A stretch of DNA of 60,979 nt, the filler included, from Sphacelaria rigidula (Eukaryota), in NCBI GenBank assembly GCA_964200075.2. It is 9 parts of 9 records of this genome, joined end to end, with 100 filler letters (N's around TTAATTAATTAA, not from the genome) between each part and the next. Parts side by side here need not be neighbours in the genome. Positions count along the whole stretch, not along the records: positions 54,294 to 60,979 come from CAXNAA020018632.1; 8 more parts are not named here. One strand, 5' to 3'. Positions 59,461 to 60,979 of this stretch are shown here, one piece after another; within the stretch, counting starts at the first letter, position 1; each line of letters starts with the position of its first letter. Below the pieces are notes generated by a model, which saw nothing but the letters and a program-made list of their open reading frames with translations, ran no database searches and was not told the DNA's origin. The position numbers and the translations under genes are program-made.

Positions 59461-59570
59461 CTGCCAAGGATGGTTTCTACGACACCGACGCATATGGCGC
59501 ACGTCATCCCCTCCACGTCGATCACAGCCACTTTGGAGTTAGCGCCACTGCTCGCCGTCACGGTGTGAGG
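59461..59570 (-). CDS. Internal exon encoding the first half of a heavy-metal-associated (HMA) domain, likely from a Cu-transporting P1B ATPase
   Basis: CAG acceptor, GTATGG donor; translates PHTVTASSGANSKVAVIDVEGMTCAICVGVVETILG with canonical GMTCxxC. Other exons not found. Confidence 0.85.
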
Positions 59571-59708
59571 CTGCGGCATGGAAACACACAACAACAAATG
59601 AAGACAGAAGAAACGACAAAATGGGGTTGTCGTTTGTTTGCGTCAGGGAGCACAGGAGGGAAAACAGGCAAAAGGACAGACGCAGGCGAAGGCGGACATA
59701 GAAAATAG

Positions 59709-60200
59709 CACGTCCCGTTCCTCCTTGTATAATTCGCAACCTGCCACTATATGACTTCTGCTCTCTACTGCTTCGCAACAGGGGCAGTTCTGTCCATCTA
59801 CTTCCTCCTCCTGTTGACCACTGATATAGCTCTTTCTTCTTTCTGGCAAGTCCAGGCCCCCCATCCTAAATCGCAGTTTCAAATTTTCCGTCGCGTCCAT
59901 TGGGCCATACTGGTATGTTTTCATCCCTATCCCCTTTCTCTACCACCCGTATATCTCCAGGTGTTTTTCCTCGTATACTTTGTGTCTGAGCGCTCCGTTT
60001 TTTCCTTATTTCCATCATGTCTATTATTTTTATTCCGTACCCCGCGCCTTCACCTATGGACAGTATTTCGTCTTGCTTTTCTCCTATCTCCTTCCATACT
60101 TTCTCCACTACTGTATCCCACCTTATCGCACGCCCTTTCGTACTTTTCTTCCATACAGCCCTATCAACTATAGCTGGCAGTCTCTGTCCTTGCATGCGGC
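59709..60200 (-). mobile_element. Truncated non-LTR retrotransposon ORF2 C-terminus, probably within an intron of the HMA gene
   Basis: RMQGQRLPAIV...RWDTVVEKVW...LKLRFRMG...CPCCEAVESRSHIVAGCELYKEER (C-terminal CCHC zinc finger). Confidence 0.8.
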
Positions 60201-60807
60201 CCCACGGCCCCACGCCGCTACGGTTACAGCGGTTCATGTACCTCTTCGAGCAAACAGGGGTCAGGCGTTTGCTTCTTGCTGGGATGGTTTGTGACCATGC
60301 ATGCGCGAAGGCGTCAGCGAAAATGTCAGCCACGAAGCAGACTGATGCATGCACACAGGACAATGCTTACACCATTCTTCTTCAACCATGTCAAGCGGCT
60401 GCAAATGGCTGATCGACCCCTACCGATGAAGGAAAACTCTTTCTCATCACTACTGCTGAATGTCCATGCCATTGTAGCCGTTCATCTACGATAAGCCTAC
60501 AAATGTCATTCTCCGTAACGTTCATACGTCCGACGAAATAGATCAAGTTTCGCCTATTCCAGATATTTGATCTTGCACATGCCGTGTTATCCATGAAGAG
60601 ATGCTCTGCCAAGGTCTGAGAAAGCTACTCTGATCCAGCAGAATACCTGCCAAGGTTTGGCAGGGTTACTGATGTGATGTAAGGTAATATGTATCAATTA
60701 ATTCATTAGTTAGAGGTTGATTGAGGATGGATGGATGGATGGATGGTTGGATTGTATTTTTTGGACAAAGGGAAAGACAATAAATATATTGACAGGATAC
60801 CTGTACC

Positions 60808-60979
60808 GGTCGCCCCGGTGGCTCAGTTGGTAACCTCGAAATCTTCTGACGGTTGGGTCGTGGGTTCAATCCTCGGAGTGATCTGGGATTTTTCTCACAC
60901 CAGCGACTATGTCGTGGGTACACAACAAGCGACTGAACGGTCGACGAGGAAAAGGGACTGCTGAACCCCTCTCGCGATA
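60808..60979 (+). mobile_element. tRNA-derived SINE-like element
   Basis: Pol III box A TGGCTCAGTTGG (60819-60830) and box B GGTTCAATCC (60863-60872); acceptor stem does not close; preceded by (GGAT)n. Confidence 0.7.

Noticed and set aside
60812..60885. Functional tRNA gene
   Set aside because: A and B boxes are present but the acceptor and anticodon stems do not pair convincingly; a SINE head fits better.

Overview
This is eukaryotic, transposon-rich DNA, probably from a brown alga (Ectocarpus-like; inferred from intron style and repeat families, not proven). It is not one locus. Eight identical 100-bp spacers (N44-TTAATTAATTAA-N44) join nine segments of 6687 bp (five) and 6686 bp (four), i.e. 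unplaced contigs sorted by length, so adjacency across a spacer means nothing. Retroelements: a decayed Ty1/copia; two copies of a chromodomain Ty3/gypsy family (A), one with an in-frame RT deletion; a second gypsy family (B) whose integrase has a chromodomain plus a Tudor/PWWP-like module; LINE fragments; a tRNA-derived SINE. DNA transposons: an intron-containing, internally deleted Academ-type transposase; a GACTA...TAGTC-ended family with a 4-bp TSD seen on three contigs; several MITEs. Spliced host-gene pieces: an ankyrin-repeat protein, a Fringe/GT31-like glycosyltransferase, two secreted proteins and an HMA-domain exon. The best candidates for something undescribed are the dual-reader gypsy integrase and the GACTA-terminal family. 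All family calls come from reading motifs by eye; no searches were run.
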